Assembly: GCA_041666915.1 (NCBI GenBank)
Contig: JBAYFZ010000001.1
Coordinates: 73,086 to 137,085 of the forward strand
Length of the DNA: 64,000 nt
Direction of reading: 5' to 3'
Source of the DNA: Minisyncoccota bacterium
Lineage (GTDB): Bacteria > Patescibacteriota > Minisyncoccia > Phycocordibacterales > PALSA-1337
Shown here: piece by piece, positions 49,709 through 59,508 of the stretch
How positions within the stretch are numbered: position 1 is the first letter of the stretch
How the letters are laid out: every line of letters starts with the position of its first letter
The notes under the pieces: generated by a model
Seen by the model: only the letters and a program-made list of their open reading frames with translations
What the model was told of the DNA's origin: nothing
The model's database searches: none
Position numbers and translations under genes: made by a program

Positions 49709-50878
49709 TTATTTTGTATCCTTAATAGTCAGCACCGGATATAGTGCCACAAGTGATATTATTCCTATAACAATGAACATATATTGAGTATCCAAGAATG
49801 TAAGACCTATTATCATGATGAGTGGAGCAAGAAAATATGAGAGTGGGCGAGTGATACGGAATGAGCCCAAGACGGCAGTATCTCTAACAGAAACTGTTTT
49901 GAAGAAATAAGTTTCCATCATAATTTCAGCAGCGGCAGCTCCTATACGAGTAACCAATAGTAATATAGACCAAATCAAAACACTTTTGATTGTAAAAAAC
50001 GATAGACATATTGTTGATATTCCCATTATTGCAAAACCAATAGCCATTATCTCTTTTTCACCATATTTTTTGTCAGCCAATTTTCCTAGAGGATATTGGA
50101 TAAGAGGGAATGGTATGAGCATTATGACTAAAATTATCCCTATCTCTTCCCAATTGAAACCAATATTTTTGTTTAGATAAATAGTACTGTAAACGACCAT
50201 CCAAGAATAGAATGTCTGAAGGATAATGTTGGCGTAGAACAATTTCATCCAGTTCTTATTTGAAGATATGTGTTTAACCAATTGCCAAGGCGAAAGATGC
50301 ATGTAATTTGGATCATGGAAACGTGGAAAATTGCGGTATATGAGATAGAGAAGAGGGAAAAGCATTGCCAGAGCAGCTACGTAAGTATTGCGATAGTTAT
50401 TTGTACCATTGATGAGCATACTACCTATGAGTGGACCTATAACCCAAGAAGCGTTGAGAGTAGCAGAGTATAATCCTCTGACTGTGCCGACCGATGAACC
50501 GTCAGTATAAACTTCTAAGAATATATCCAGACAAAGACCAATTAGAGAAGAGATCGCCATTTGAATGACGAATAGAATTATCAAAGTCTGCGTTGATGTA
50601 GTTGAGATGAGTCCGTAAAACAATCCTATTTGTATGCAAACCAATAGCATAGTTGTCGTATAATTTCCTAGACGACGGATGATATGCGGAGCCAATAGGA
50701 AACCGAGAATAGAAACCGCAGAACCTATCATGTAGATGAGGCTTACTAGTTGTCCATCGGCAAATACACTCAAGAAACTTGAGTTTGAATACATGGGTAT
50801 GACCATGTGCAGAGTGAAGATGAAGCCGATGACAGCGACCGTGTAGATTATATGAGAACGAGGTCTATGGATTGTCAT
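49709..50878 (-). CDS. MFS transporter
   Basis: About 12 TMs; GKLADKKYGEK motif-A-like loop. Confidence 0.88.
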   Translation of the reverse strand: MTIHRPRSHIIYTVAVIGFIFTLHMVIPMYSNSSFLSVFADGQLVSLIYMIGSAVSILGFLLAPHIIRRLGNYTTTMLLVCIQIGLFYGLISTTSTQTLIILFVIQMAISSLIGLCLDIFLEVYTDGSSVGTVRGLYSATLNASWVIGPLIGSMLINGTNNYRNTYVAALAMLFPLLYLIYRNFPRFHDPNYMHLSPWQLVKHISSNKNWMKLFYANIILQTFYSWMVVYSTIYLNKNIGFNWEEIGIILVIMLIPFPLIQYPLGKLADKKYGEKEIMAIGFAIMGISTICLSFFTIKSVLIWSILLLVTRIGAAAAEIMMETYFFKTVSVRDTAVLGSFRITRPLSYFLAPLIMIIGLTFLDTQYMFIVIGIISLVALYPVLTIKDTK

Positions 50879-50961
50879 GTGTTTCTAATATTATAACAGG
50901 AGTAAGTTAAATTTGGTACGATATTGCACCAATTTAATAATAATGTTAGATTACATGAACT

Positions 50962-51225
50962 ATGAAGAAAGATATACATCCAAAGAACTACCGCCAAGTT
51001 ATTTTCGCCGACAATTCAAGTGGCGCTAAATTCCTCGTATCTTCTACTATTGAAACAAAAGAAACCCAAAAGTGGACAGATGGTAAAGATTACCCAGTTC
51101 ATTTCGTTGAAATTTCTAGTGCTTCACATCCTTTCTATACCAAAGAAGAGAAGATTATTGATACCGCTGGTCGTGTTGAGAAATTCAAGACTCGCCAATC
51201 CAAAGCCAGTTCAAAGAAAGCTTAG
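50962..51225 (+). CDS. rpmE2: 50S ribosomal protein L31 (type B, no Zn-binding cysteines)
   Basis: [27 protein letters not shown]. Confidence 0.95.
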   Translation: MKKDIHPKNYRQVIFADNSSGAKFLVSSTIETKETQKWTDGKDYPVHFVEISSASHPFYTKEEKIIDTAGRVEKFKTRQSKASSKKA

Positions 51226-51267
51226 GCTCACACCGCACTTCAAAGTGCGGTTTTGCGTTATTCCACT

Positions 51268-52245
51268 ATGAATATTGAACAATATAAAACCAATCCTAAA
51301 ACGGCCTTTCTAGCAGGTCAGTATGAAAAATTATTGAAAGATGAAAAGGAGATGCAGACTATGGCAGAAAAGGATCCTTCTCTGAAAGAATTGGCCGAAG
51401 GCGATCTCGCTTCTATTCGTGAACAAAAGAAAAATCTTGAAGAACAGATGACTGCTATTTTGGAAGGTGACAAAGAAGAAGATGAAAAGCCAAATGAAGT
51501 CATTCTAGAAGTCCGTGCTGGTGCTGGTGGTGACGAAGCGGCTCTCTTTGCTGCTGAACTTTTGAATATGTACAAAAGATATGCTGAGACAAAAGGTTGG
51601 TCTGCAAAATTAACTGAAAAATCAGAGAATGATGTTGGTGGTTACAAGGATGCTTGTCTTGAGATAAAAGGCAAAGGTGTTTATGAAGATTTACGTTGGG
51701 AGACCGGTGTTCACCGTGTTCAGCGTGTTCCAGAAACAGAAAAGATGGGACGTATTCACACATCTACGGCATCAGTTGCTATTATGCCTATTCGTAAAAA
51801 ATTCAAATATCAGCTAAATATGGCTGATGTTGAAATGGAATTCTCTCGTGCTGGTGGTAAAGGTGGTCAAAATGTTAATAAGGTTGAATCAGCTGTGAGA
51901 GTTATTCACAGACCGACTGGTATTGATGTACGTTCTACTGTCGAGCGTAGTCAAGGTGCAAATAGGGAAAAAGCTTTACAATTACTTACGTCAAAACTTG
52001 AAGCTTTGAAAGAAGAAGAAGAGGCCAAGAAATTTTCGGCACATCGTAAGGGTCAGATCGGTACAGGTGATCGCTCCGAAAAGATTCGTACTTACAATTA
52101 TCCTCAAGATCGTGTGACTGATCATCGTATCAAACAGTCATGGCACAATCTCCCACTTATTTTGTTAGGTAAATTTGGTCCCATCACCGAAGCCTTGAAA
52201 GAATTTGAGAAGACAGGGAAGGTGGGGAATGAGGATGAGGAATAA
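51268..52245 (+). CDS. prfA: Peptide chain release factor 1
   Basis: GVHRVQRVPET (PxT), GGQNVN, DRSEKIRTYNYPQ. Confidence 0.96.
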   Translation: MNIEQYKTNPKTAFLAGQYEKLLKDEKEMQTMAEKDPSLKELAEGDLASIREQKKNLEEQMTAILEGDKEEDEKPNEVILEVRAGAGGDEAALFAAELLNMYKRYAETKGWSAKLTEKSENDVGGYKDACLEIKGKGVYEDLRWETGVHRVQRVPETEKMGRIHTSTASVAIMPIRKKFKYQLNMADVEMEFSRAGGKGGQNVNKVESAVRVIHRPTGIDVRSTVERSQGANREKALQLLTSKLEALKEEEEAKKFSAHRKGQIGTGDRSEKIRTYNYPQDRVTDHRIKQSWHNLPLILLGKFGPITEALKEFEKTGKVGNEDEE

Positions 52246-52347
52246 TTGGGTTGGGATGATGTAAAAGAAAAACCGTTGGCAGAAGTCAACGGTTTTTTGT
52301 GAGTTGTAGATTTAACAGGGTATTGGATCTTGTTCTAACGGTCTCGA

Positions 52348-52806
52348 TTAATCCAATTTGAATTCACCGGAGATGTCGAGTGTGACCGCCTCACCTTCGC
52401 CGAATTGGTCCCAAAGATGTCGGTTAGCGATATGGGTCACGATAGAAGCGACTTCGTTGAATTCAAGCGGAGTCTTTTCAACGATGCTGTAAACTTCATT
52501 TCGAAGATCGTGGAGATCCCAGAAGAATCCCATTTTGAGCATACGAAAAGCAATCTTAGCTTCACGTTCGTTTGGTTCAGAATCGTAATGATGACCTCTG
52601 AGTTCACAGCTATGGAGGATTTCTGGGATAAGGAACCTGTTGAAGAATCCCAATAATTCCTCGCGTGGACAGCCGATACGCTGTGCATTCTTGGTTATAC
52701 GTTGAGCAAACTCGCTCGGTCGGAGGTCGATACCTTGACGGCCGATTTTGAACTTCAGGATAATGAGGGCTTTCTTGCCGACTTCATGTGCACTGAGTTT
52801 TATCAT
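52348..52806 (-). CDS. Hypothetical protein
   Basis: 152-aa ORF with AAAGG RBS and downstream hairpin. Confidence 0.6.
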   Translation of the reverse strand: MIKLSAHEVGKKALIILKFKIGRQGIDLRPSEFAQRITKNAQRIGCPREELLGFFNRFLIPEILHSCELRGHHYDSEPNEREAKIAFRMLKMGFFWDLHDLRNEVYSIVEKTPLEFNEVASIVTHIANRHLWDQFGEGEAVTLDISGEFKLD

Positions 52807-53036
52807 ACTAACCTTTCTTTTTGTTTGTTTTGTGCTGATGCTCTAGGAATCATCCTAGAACCAATACCGGCGACGCACTTATGCCGGTACAAGTAATTTA
52901 TCATATTACACAATAGAAGTCAATATGTTGTCCAATTGTAGTAAACGTCAACCCCGCCATTAAGGCGGGGTTAGTGGGAAATCCCAAATTATGCTAAAAG
53001 TTTACCAAATCTGACTTCGAAGTCAAATTTTATCAT

Positions 53037-53111
53037 TGGTGCCCCCGGCAGGAATTGAACCTACATCAAACGCTTAGGACGCGTCTATTCTATCCGTTGA
53101 ACTACGAGGGC
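53037..53111 (-). tRNA. tRNA-Arg(CCT)
   Basis: Reverse complement GCCCTCGTAGTTCAACGGATAGAA...GTCCTAA...GTTCAATTCCTGCCGGGGGCACCA. Confidence 0.93.
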
Positions 53112-53738
53112 ATTGAATTTTTTCTTTATCTCATTTATGAGACTTATAAGTAGTTTAAAGTATTGCGCACCTTTTGCAACTCTAATACGGCACATGCCAA
53201 ATTTGAGTTTACCTATTTTTTGTCCATGGACAATTTCAATTTTTCCTATTCGTTCTGGTTTTATATCTAAAATGTTTGACCAAAACAAGATTGCTTCTCT
53301 TTTACTGATTCCATTATAGAGTCTCAAGTTGATCTTTAATTGTTCTTTTGCAATACCTATATCTTGTAAACAAGAGACGAAGACTTTGATAAGTTGCGGA
53401 TCAGAATTAATTAGATTTAACTCTTTTTTCGTTCCTTCACCCCAGTAAATACCTATAAGAAGACAAAGTCTTTGTTCAAGAGATAACGGATTACCAATTA
53501 ATTCTTGTGCTTTAGCATCAGCTTCATCCCAAGCTTTTTTAGCTCGTTTTTTACTTCCACCTTGTTTGGTCTTTAATATTGATATGTATTTTGAAGGAAT
53601 AGGGACATTTTTGATATATTTAAATACAGTACTGGAGCCTCTCTTTGTAATCCGTCTTATTTCAGGAAGACTGTGTCCCGTTTTACGTAACGAAATAATT
53701 GAATCTATTTCTGATTGTGTAATCGGTATTCCATTCAT
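53085..53738 (-). CDS. HTH plus LAGLIDADG-like protein
   Basis: N-terminal HTH (GHSLPEIRR...STV), then LIGIYWGEGTK...NSDPQLIKVF. Confidence 0.72.
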   Translation of the reverse strand: MNGIPITQSEIDSIISLRKTGHSLPEIRRITKRGSSTVFKYIKNVPIPSKYISILKTKQGGSKKRAKKAWDEADAKAQELIGNPLSLEQRLCLLIGIYWGEGTKKELNLINSDPQLIKVFVSCLQDIGIAKEQLKINLRLYNGISKREAILFWSNILDIKPERIGKIEIVHGQKIGKLKFGMCRIRVAKGAQYFKLLISLINEIKKKFNALVVQRIE

Positions 53739-53809
53739 TGGTTTATGATATTAAATTATATTAATGACGTACACTTCCGTCGGGAAAATAAATCTGTTAT
53801 AGTGTTCCC

Positions 53810-54103
53810 ATGACCCCAGAAGAGAAGTCATTATTGGAGCGCACATACAAAATGGCCGAGGAGAACAATCACATTCTCCGCGGTATTCGTAGATCCAATC
53901 GCTATGGTATAGCGGCAAAGATTTTCTATTGGGTAGTCATTATAGGTATTACTTTCGGTGCATTCTATTATTTACAACCGTATTTAAATTCAATGGTTAA
54001 TCTCATTGAACAAGCACAGAAGGCAGTACAAAGTGTAAATGGTACAGTTAGTCAGGCACAGAATATTTTTGGTTCTGTAACTGGTTCAACAACGAAGAAA
54101 TAG
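53810..54103 (+). CDS. Small membrane protein
   Basis: AEENNHILRGIRRSNR followed by a TM segment. Confidence 0.75.
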   Translation: MTPEEKSLLERTYKMAEENNHILRGIRRSNRYGIAAKIFYWVVIIGITFGAFYYLQPYLNSMVNLIEQAQKAVQSVNGTVSQAQNIFGSVTGSTTKK

Positions 54104-54137
54104 GATCTTTTAGAGGAGATACAGTAAAAATACCAAC

Positions 54138-54210
54138 GCCAAGGTAGCTCAGTTGGTAGAGCATTCCCCTGAAGAGGGAAGGGTCACCAGTTCGATCCTG
54201 GTCCTTGGCA
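54138..54210 (+). tRNA. tRNA-Phe(GAA)
   Basis: GCCAAGG/CCTTGGC acceptor, loop CTGAAGA, GTTCGATCC. Confidence 0.95.
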
Positions 54211-54344
54211 CTACTTCATAGCATTGGCTTGACTGATAGTCATCCATGTGCTATACTATTACTAGTCAATTGAGTCTACGAAAATTATGTCGTAGGTTCA
54301 TAGAGTTAGTTCTTCGTAATATAACCCATTCAGAAAGACAGATT

Positions 54345-54533
54345 ATGACTAAAATTGTGAAAGGTAAGAAACGGAAAGCTCCACGTCGCAAACACGTTGG
54401 TTACGTGGAAAGTCCTCTCGATCGAAAAGTTGAAGATGGTGTGGCGGAGCGTATGCTTGGAAGTCTTGGAGGTATAAAATGGCTAATCTATAGAGACGGC
54501 GTGGTGGACTGGGAACAGTCTGGGTACGCATAG
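54345..54533 (+). CDS. Small hypothetical protein
   Basis: ORF between a TTGACT...TATACT promoter-like motif and a hairpin near 54574-54604. Confidence 0.5.
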   Translation: MTKIVKGKKRKAPRRKHVGYVESPLDRKVEDGVAERMLGSLGGIKWLIYRDGVVDWEQSGYA

Positions 54534-54614
54534 GTAAAGAAGTGGTTACCTAAAAACACCACTCAAAATTTCCCCGCGATCTGAAATATGGTCGCGGTTT
54601 TTTTACTCTCCAAA

Positions 54615-54830
54615 TTAAAGTCCCAAACTTGAACCATCCAAAAGTCCTGAGTAGGTACTCATGAAGTAAGGTGCGATCATGACAACAGCAATAAGCGGTA
54701 AGACAAAGACTATAATAGTTCCTATCATTGACCAGAGAAAATATTTTCTAGTTTTTTCTGCTGAAATATAGATTTGTTCCAGAAGATTGCGTTGCTCACG
54801 AAGCTCTTTTGTTAGTTCTTCATTATTCAT
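54615..54830 (-). CDS. Small membrane protein
   Basis: IYISAEKTRKYFLW followed by a TM segment. Confidence 0.75.
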   Translation of the reverse strand: MNNEELTKELREQRNLLEQIYISAEKTRKYFLWSMIGTIIVFVLPLIAVVMIAPYFMSTYSGLLDGSSLGL

Positions 54831-55087
54831 GCAAGAATTATAGCATATCCGTATACAGCTTCGCCGTTCGGTTATGCTGACCAAACGGCGAATATTTAGC
54901 GTGCCTGCCTAAAGGTGCTAATTTTAAGCTGTAGGGAAGATACTTCTGGATTATATGGTCATGATTTTGTAAGTTGTTAAGTTATGTCGACACATAACTA
55001 CAACTAGGTTATCAAACCGAGTTAAAATCCTGATTAAGAAAGGTTAAAGAAATGATTAAGAAATTTTGCTTACCCTTAGAGTGTGAC

Positions 55088-55777
55088 TTATAGCAATTTC
55101 AGATTTTCTGGAGTATCCATGATATAACCTCTTCCAGCAATGTTTGCTATGAGATTTGGCTTGTTACCTGTATTTATTTTCTTACGGAGATTGGTTATAT
55201 GAGCCTCTACTGTATTTGAAAAAGGGTTATTATCGGCTGTCCAGACATGTTCCATAAGCATGGCTCTAGATAAGACAATACCGATATTTTTCATGAAATA
55301 TTCCAATAGACCAAATTCTTTACGAGTTGGATGTATTCTCCTATTTCCTCGCCTTACAATATTTTTTTCAGAGTCTAATTCTAAATCGTGAACACGGAGT
55401 ATATGATTCTTTACTATGACAGGACGGCGGGATAGGGCTTTTAGTCGTGCAGATAATTCTTGTAGTGAAAAAGGCTTTTGTAAATAATCGTCAGCACCAC
55501 TTTCAAAAGCCATCATTTTTGTTTCAATACCTCCGTCTATTGTCAAAAACAGGATAGGCGTTGTCTTTCCAGCACTTCTGATCTCTCTACATATAGTGAG
55601 TCCGTCTTTCTTTGGTAAAGAATTGTCCAAAATTATAGCATCGTATTCAAAACTTCTAGCCAAGAATGAACCGTCGGCACCGTTATCTGTTAATTCAACA
55701 GTATTATTTTGGGCCATTAAATCGTTTTTGACGGTCTTGGCTAACTGCTGATCATCTTCAACAATGAGTAGCTTCAT
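55088..55777 (-). CDS. OmpR/PhoB family response regulator
   Basis: MKLLIVEDD, IILD, GADDYLQKPF, NTVEAHITNLRKKI, GRGY. Confidence 0.95.
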   Translation of the reverse strand: MKLLIVEDDQQLAKTVKNDLMAQNNTVELTDNGADGSFLARSFEYDAIILDNSLPKKDGLTICREIRSAGKTTPILFLTIDGGIETKMMAFESGADDYLQKPFSLQELSARLKALSRRPVIVKNHILRVHDLELDSEKNIVRRGNRRIHPTRKEFGLLEYFMKNIGIVLSRAMLMEHVWTADNNPFSNTVEAHITNLRKKINTGNKPNLIANIAGRGYIMDTPENLKLL

Positions 55778-55824
55778 GTTGGCGTAAGTATGCGGAATCT
55801 TTGGTAAATATGCAAGTCCCGTTA

Positions 55825-55914
55825 TGTCATTCCCGCGAAGGCGGGAATCCATGTCAGACCACAAATAAACTTTTCTTGGTAATATCCTGGATTCCCGCCT
55901 TCGCGGGAATGACA
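55825..55914. repeat. Family A element between the divergent regulator and rpsB
   Basis: TGTCATTCCCGCGAAGGCGGGAATCC...TGGTAATATCCTGGATTCCCGCCTTCGCGGGAATGACA. Confidence 0.92.
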
Positions 55915-55970
55915 CAAGAGGACCAACGGATTTGACTTAACCCCGCGATTTTGTTACCTTATGTCTACAT

Positions 55971-56663
55971 ATGGATATCAAAAAAAGCATCGAATCAATG
56001 TTTGCCTCTGGGGCGCATTTTGGTCTAGGTAAATCAAGGAGACACCCAACTCTTTCGTCATATATTTTCGGTACAAAAAATGGCACAGATATCTTTGATT
56101 TAGAAAAGACTCAGGTTTTTGTGGGAAAGGCTAAGGATTTCGTGGCTACATTGGCCAAAGAAGGCAAGACTATCTTGTACGTCGGAGGCAAGAAAGAAGC
56201 TTCTGCTAGTATCAGGATTGCTGCCGGTCTACAAAACATGCCTTACGTAGATGGAAGATGGATTGGTGGTACTATCAGCAATTTTCCTCAGATCAGAAAG
56301 CGTATAGATCGTTATGAGAGACTTATCAGTGACCGTGAGAAAGGTGAACTTGCAAAATACACAAAGCGTGAGCGTATGCTCATAGACAAAGAGATCGCTT
56401 CTTTGGAAAAGATGTTCCTAGGCATTGTCTCTTTGAAGAAGATCCCTGATGCTCTGTTCGTCATTGATCCACGTCACGAAAAGAATGCCGTCAAAGAAGC
56501 TGCCGATTTCAATATTCCAGTTATCGCTCTTTGTGGTTCAGATTGTGATATTTCCAAGATTAACTATCCTATGATTGGAAACGATGGTTCAAAGGTTAGT
56601 ATCCAACATTTTGTAGACGAGATTTCAAAGGCATACCAAGCTGGCAAAGTAGCAAAAGTTTAA
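55971..56663 (+). CDS. rpsB: 30S ribosomal protein S2
   Basis: GAHFG, IFDLEKT, RWIGGTISN, PDALFVIDP, GND. Confidence 0.96.
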   Translation: MDIKKSIESMFASGAHFGLGKSRRHPTLSSYIFGTKNGTDIFDLEKTQVFVGKAKDFVATLAKEGKTILYVGGKKEASASIRIAAGLQNMPYVDGRWIGGTISNFPQIRKRIDRYERLISDREKGELAKYTKRERMLIDKEIASLEKMFLGIVSLKKIPDALFVIDPRHEKNAVKEAADFNIPVIALCGSDCDISKINYPMIGNDGSKVSIQHFVDEISKAYQAGKVAKV

Positions 56664-56834
56664 GCTAGGCGTCTATTTTCTGTCCGAATATAAAACGATT
56701 ATATGATAAGTCCATTTTTCCTATTCTGGAAACAAGATGAAAAGTCAGATTCCGGCGGTAAATCGGAAAGTTTTGAACCAAAAGTTATCAAGCAACAGAG
56801 TTTACCAATAGAAGAGATTAAAACAAAAAAGACC

Positions 56835-57434
56835 ATGGCTACAAAGACAATTACAGTTGAAACTATCAAAGAGCTTCGTGATCAGACAGGTATTTCTATC
56901 ATGCAGTGTAAAAAAGCTCTAGAAGAGGCTGGTGGCGATTCTGCCAAGGCTTTGGTTATTTTGCGTAATAAGAGTGGTGAATTGGCCGCAAAGAAAAGTG
57001 ATCGTATTTTCCATTCAGGAACAATCCAAGCTTACATCCATTCCAATGGCATGGTTGGTACTATTGTAGAGTTGCTTTGTGAATCCGATTTCGTTTCCAA
57101 TACAAATGAATTCAAAGCTCTAGCACGCGATATTGCTATGCATGTAACTGCTACAAACCCTCGTTTTCTCTCAAAGGATGATATTACCGAAGCTGACAAG
57201 CAAACCGCTATGTCCGTATTTGAAAAGGAAGTCGCTGGCAAGCCAGAAGCTGTCAAAGCCAAGATTCTAGAAGGAAAGATGAATTCATATTTTTCAGAAA
57301 TGGTTCTTATGGATCAACCTTTCATCAAGAATCCCGAGCTGACTGTTCAAGGATTGGTCAACAATGCTGTCCAAAAGTTCGGTGAGAAGATGGCAGTAGG
57401 TAAGTTCAAGAGGTTCAAGGTTCTAGAGGGTTAA
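56835..57434 (+). CDS. tsf: Elongation factor Ts (short form)
   Basis: IKELRDQTG...CKKALEE, ELLCESDFV; frame is open back to 56703. Confidence 0.95.
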   Translation: MATKTITVETIKELRDQTGISIMQCKKALEEAGGDSAKALVILRNKSGELAAKKSDRIFHSGTIQAYIHSNGMVGTIVELLCESDFVSNTNEFKALARDIAMHVTATNPRFLSKDDITEADKQTAMSVFEKEVAGKPEAVKAKILEGKMNSYFSEMVLMDQPFIKNPELTVQGLVNNAVQKFGEKMAVGKFKRFKVLEG

Positions 57435-57456
57435 AGTTCTAGAGAGCCAAAAACTC

Positions 57457-57831
57457 ATGTATACATTGATAATAATATTTTATATATCATTCATAGGTAT
57501 CATAACGATGGTTCTACTCAAACGTTATGAAATGAAGACCGGCAAACCTACGGTTGTCTCCAACTTGGGTCGTTCAATAGATCACATATTGTCCTCTATT
57601 TTTGCTGAGATTAAAAAGTTTGTTTCGTACCTCAATAGGAAGACGATGATTGCAATATTTCATCTTGTGGCTTATCATATTCTACTCAGGATTAGGAAGA
57701 TCTATGTTGAGATCAAACATCAGACTCTTTTGAATCCTCATGGCAAGAAATTGATAGATGCTGTAAGAGGACGTGGGGAAGTCAAGAATCATGGTGCATC
57801 GTTTTATTTGAGAAGGATTTCGGATAAGTAA
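57457..57831 (+). CDS. Hypothetical membrane protein
   Basis: N-terminal TM; C-terminal ASFYLRRIS. Confidence 0.7.
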   Translation: MYTLIIIFYISFIGIITMVLLKRYEMKTGKPTVVSNLGRSIDHILSSIFAEIKKFVSYLNRKTMIAIFHLVAYHILLRIRKIYVEIKHQTLLNPHGKKLIDAVRGRGEVKNHGASFYLRRISDK

Positions 57832-57859
57832 AAGTCGGTTTTATATTTTAAATTTCGTT

Positions 57860-58022
57860 TAAATTCGCCATCTTAGCTGTTTTGGTAGGTATGAGCGGGT
57901 GGGTCGTAAGGAGTAAGTGTCCAAAGAAAATTAAATTCGCCATCTTAGCTGTTTTGGTAGGTATGAACGGGTGGATCATGAGAAGTTAGTGTTCAAAGAA
58001 AATTAAATTCGCCATCTTAGCT
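57860..58022 (+). repeat. 72-bp tandem repeat overlapping the tRNA-Thr 5' end
   Basis: TAAATTCGCCATCTTAGCT at 57860, 57932 and 58004. Confidence 0.85.
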
Positions 58023-58083
58023 CAGTTGGTAGAGCAACACTTTTGTAAAGTGAAGGTCCTCGGTTCGAATCCGAGAGATGGCT
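58011..58083 (+). tRNA. tRNA-Thr(TGT)
   Basis: GCCATCT/AGATGGC acceptor, loop TTTGTAA, GTTCGAATCC. Confidence 0.93.
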
Positions 58084-58132
58084 CCTTAGGAATACTCAGA
58101 GATAGTGATTATTAGTGTTAAGTATAATTTTT

Positions 58133-58567
58133 ATGATTAGAAAATGCACAGGTTGTGGTGTTGTTTTGTCGCAGAGATATAAAATAAAATATTGTTCGAA
58201 TAAATGCCAAGCTGATTTTCAATACAAACTTTTCATTAATAATTGGAAGGATGGTCTTGAAGATGGTGTTATTGGCAAGGACGTTAAATCATTATCAAGA
58301 CATCTGCGTCGTTATTTAGCAGATAAAAACGGGGAGAGGTGCTTTTATTGTGGGTGGAATGAAAAACATCCAATAACTGGTAAGGTCACTTTAGAAATTG
58401 ATCATATTGATGGTAATGCTGAAAACAATGAAGAAGGTAATTTACGTTTGTTGTGTCCAAATTGTCATTCATTAACACCTTATTTTAGGAATCTTAATAG
58501 AGGTAATGGGAGGAAGTGGAGAATGGATAAGTATAAAAAACAAGTAGCAACCCAGCCCATTTTCTGA
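58133..58567 (+). CDS. HNH endonuclease
   Basis: CTGC...YCSNKC zinc motif; CFYC...LEIDHIDGNAENN...NLRLLCPNCH. Confidence 0.9.
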   Translation: MIRKCTGCGVVLSQRYKIKYCSNKCQADFQYKLFINNWKDGLEDGVIGKDVKSLSRHLRRYLADKNGERCFYCGWNEKHPITGKVTLEIDHIDGNAENNEEGNLRLLCPNCHSLTPYFRNLNRGNGRKWRMDKYKKQVATQPIF

Positions 58568-58582
58568 TAAAGTTATCCTTAT

Positions 58583-59290
58583 ATGGAAAACGATAAAAAG
58601 GGTCACCTACATCCCATAACTCAAATAGTTCGTGAGATTTTTTCAATATTTAGAGATTTAGGTTTTGAAATAGCAGACGGACCAGAATTGGAAGATGAAT
58701 TCCATAACTTTGATGCTTTGAATGTTCCGAAAGATCACCCGGCTCGAGATATGCAAGATACGTTTTGGATCAAGGATGCTCCAGATGCAGACAAAAAGAG
58801 AGTTCTACGTACTCACACCTCTTCGGTTCAGATTAGGTACATGGAGAAACATAAACCACCAGTACGTATTATTATCCCTGGTAAAGTTTTTCGTAATGAA
58901 GCTACCGATGCTACGCACGAAGCTCAATTTTTCCAGATAGAAGCTCTCTATGTAGACAAAAATGTTTCCATGGCGCATTTGAAAGGAACTTTGGAAAATA
59001 TGTTCAAGAAATTATTTGGCGATGACGTAGAGATACGATTCCGTCCAAGTTTCTTTCCATTTACCGAACCTAGTGTTGAAGTAGATATGAAATGGAAAGG
59101 TAAATGGTTGGAAATGGGTGGTGCAGGTCTCGTACAAAAGAATGTTTTTGAAGCTGTTGGTGTAGATCCAAATGAATGGCAAGGATTTGCTTTTGGTTTT
59201 GGTTTGGACCGTCTTGTTATGCTCAAGTTTGGTATTGATGATGTCCGTTTTCTTTATAATGGAGATCTAAGATTGGTAAATCAATTTTAA
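58583..59290 (+). CDS. pheS: Phenylalanine--tRNA ligase alpha subunit (no N-terminal coiled coil)
   Basis: GHLHP, HPARDMQDTF, RTHTSSVQ, RPSFFPFTEPS, GFAFGFGLDR. Confidence 0.96.
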   Translation: MENDKKGHLHPITQIVREIFSIFRDLGFEIADGPELEDEFHNFDALNVPKDHPARDMQDTFWIKDAPDADKKRVLRTHTSSVQIRYMEKHKPPVRIIIPGKVFRNEATDATHEAQFFQIEALYVDKNVSMAHLKGTLENMFKKLFGDDVEIRFRPSFFPFTEPSVEVDMKWKGKWLEMGGAGLVQKNVFEAVGVDPNEWQGFAFGFGLDRLVMLKFGIDDVRFLYNGDLRLVNQF

Positions 59291-59294
59291 TTTT

Positions 59295-59507
59295 ATGAAA
59301 CTCGGGACATATCAACATTCAAAAACTGGCAATCTCTACAAGGTTCATTTTGTAGCCAAACATTCTGAAACTTTGGAAGATATGGTTTGTTACGAAGCAC
59401 TTTATGAAAATGATAAGTCCAAGTTTTGGGTAAGACCGATAGAGACGTTCAATGGCGAAGTAGAAATAAAAGGCGAGAAAGTTCCTAGATTTAAATTTAT
59501 AAAATAA
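59295..59507 (+). CDS. DUF1653 family protein
   Basis: GTYQHSKTGNLY...AKHSETLEDMV.YEALY...WVRP...RF. Confidence 0.88.
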   Translation: MKLGTYQHSKTGNLYKVHFVAKHSETLEDMVCYEALYENDKSKFWVRPIETFNGEVEIKGEKVPRFKFIK

Positions 59508-59508
59508 T

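Noticed and set aside
55778-55915. N-terminal extension MSFPRRRESR... of the response regulator
   Set aside because: It is a translation of the family A repeat; the receiver domain starts at 55777
56703-56834. 44-aa N-terminal extension of EF-Ts
   Set aside because: The frame is open but homology begins at MATKT; the longer start cannot be supported from sequence alone
57860-58022. 72-bp repeats as a mini-CRISPR
   Set aside because: The intervening sequences resemble each other and the third unit is the tRNA itself
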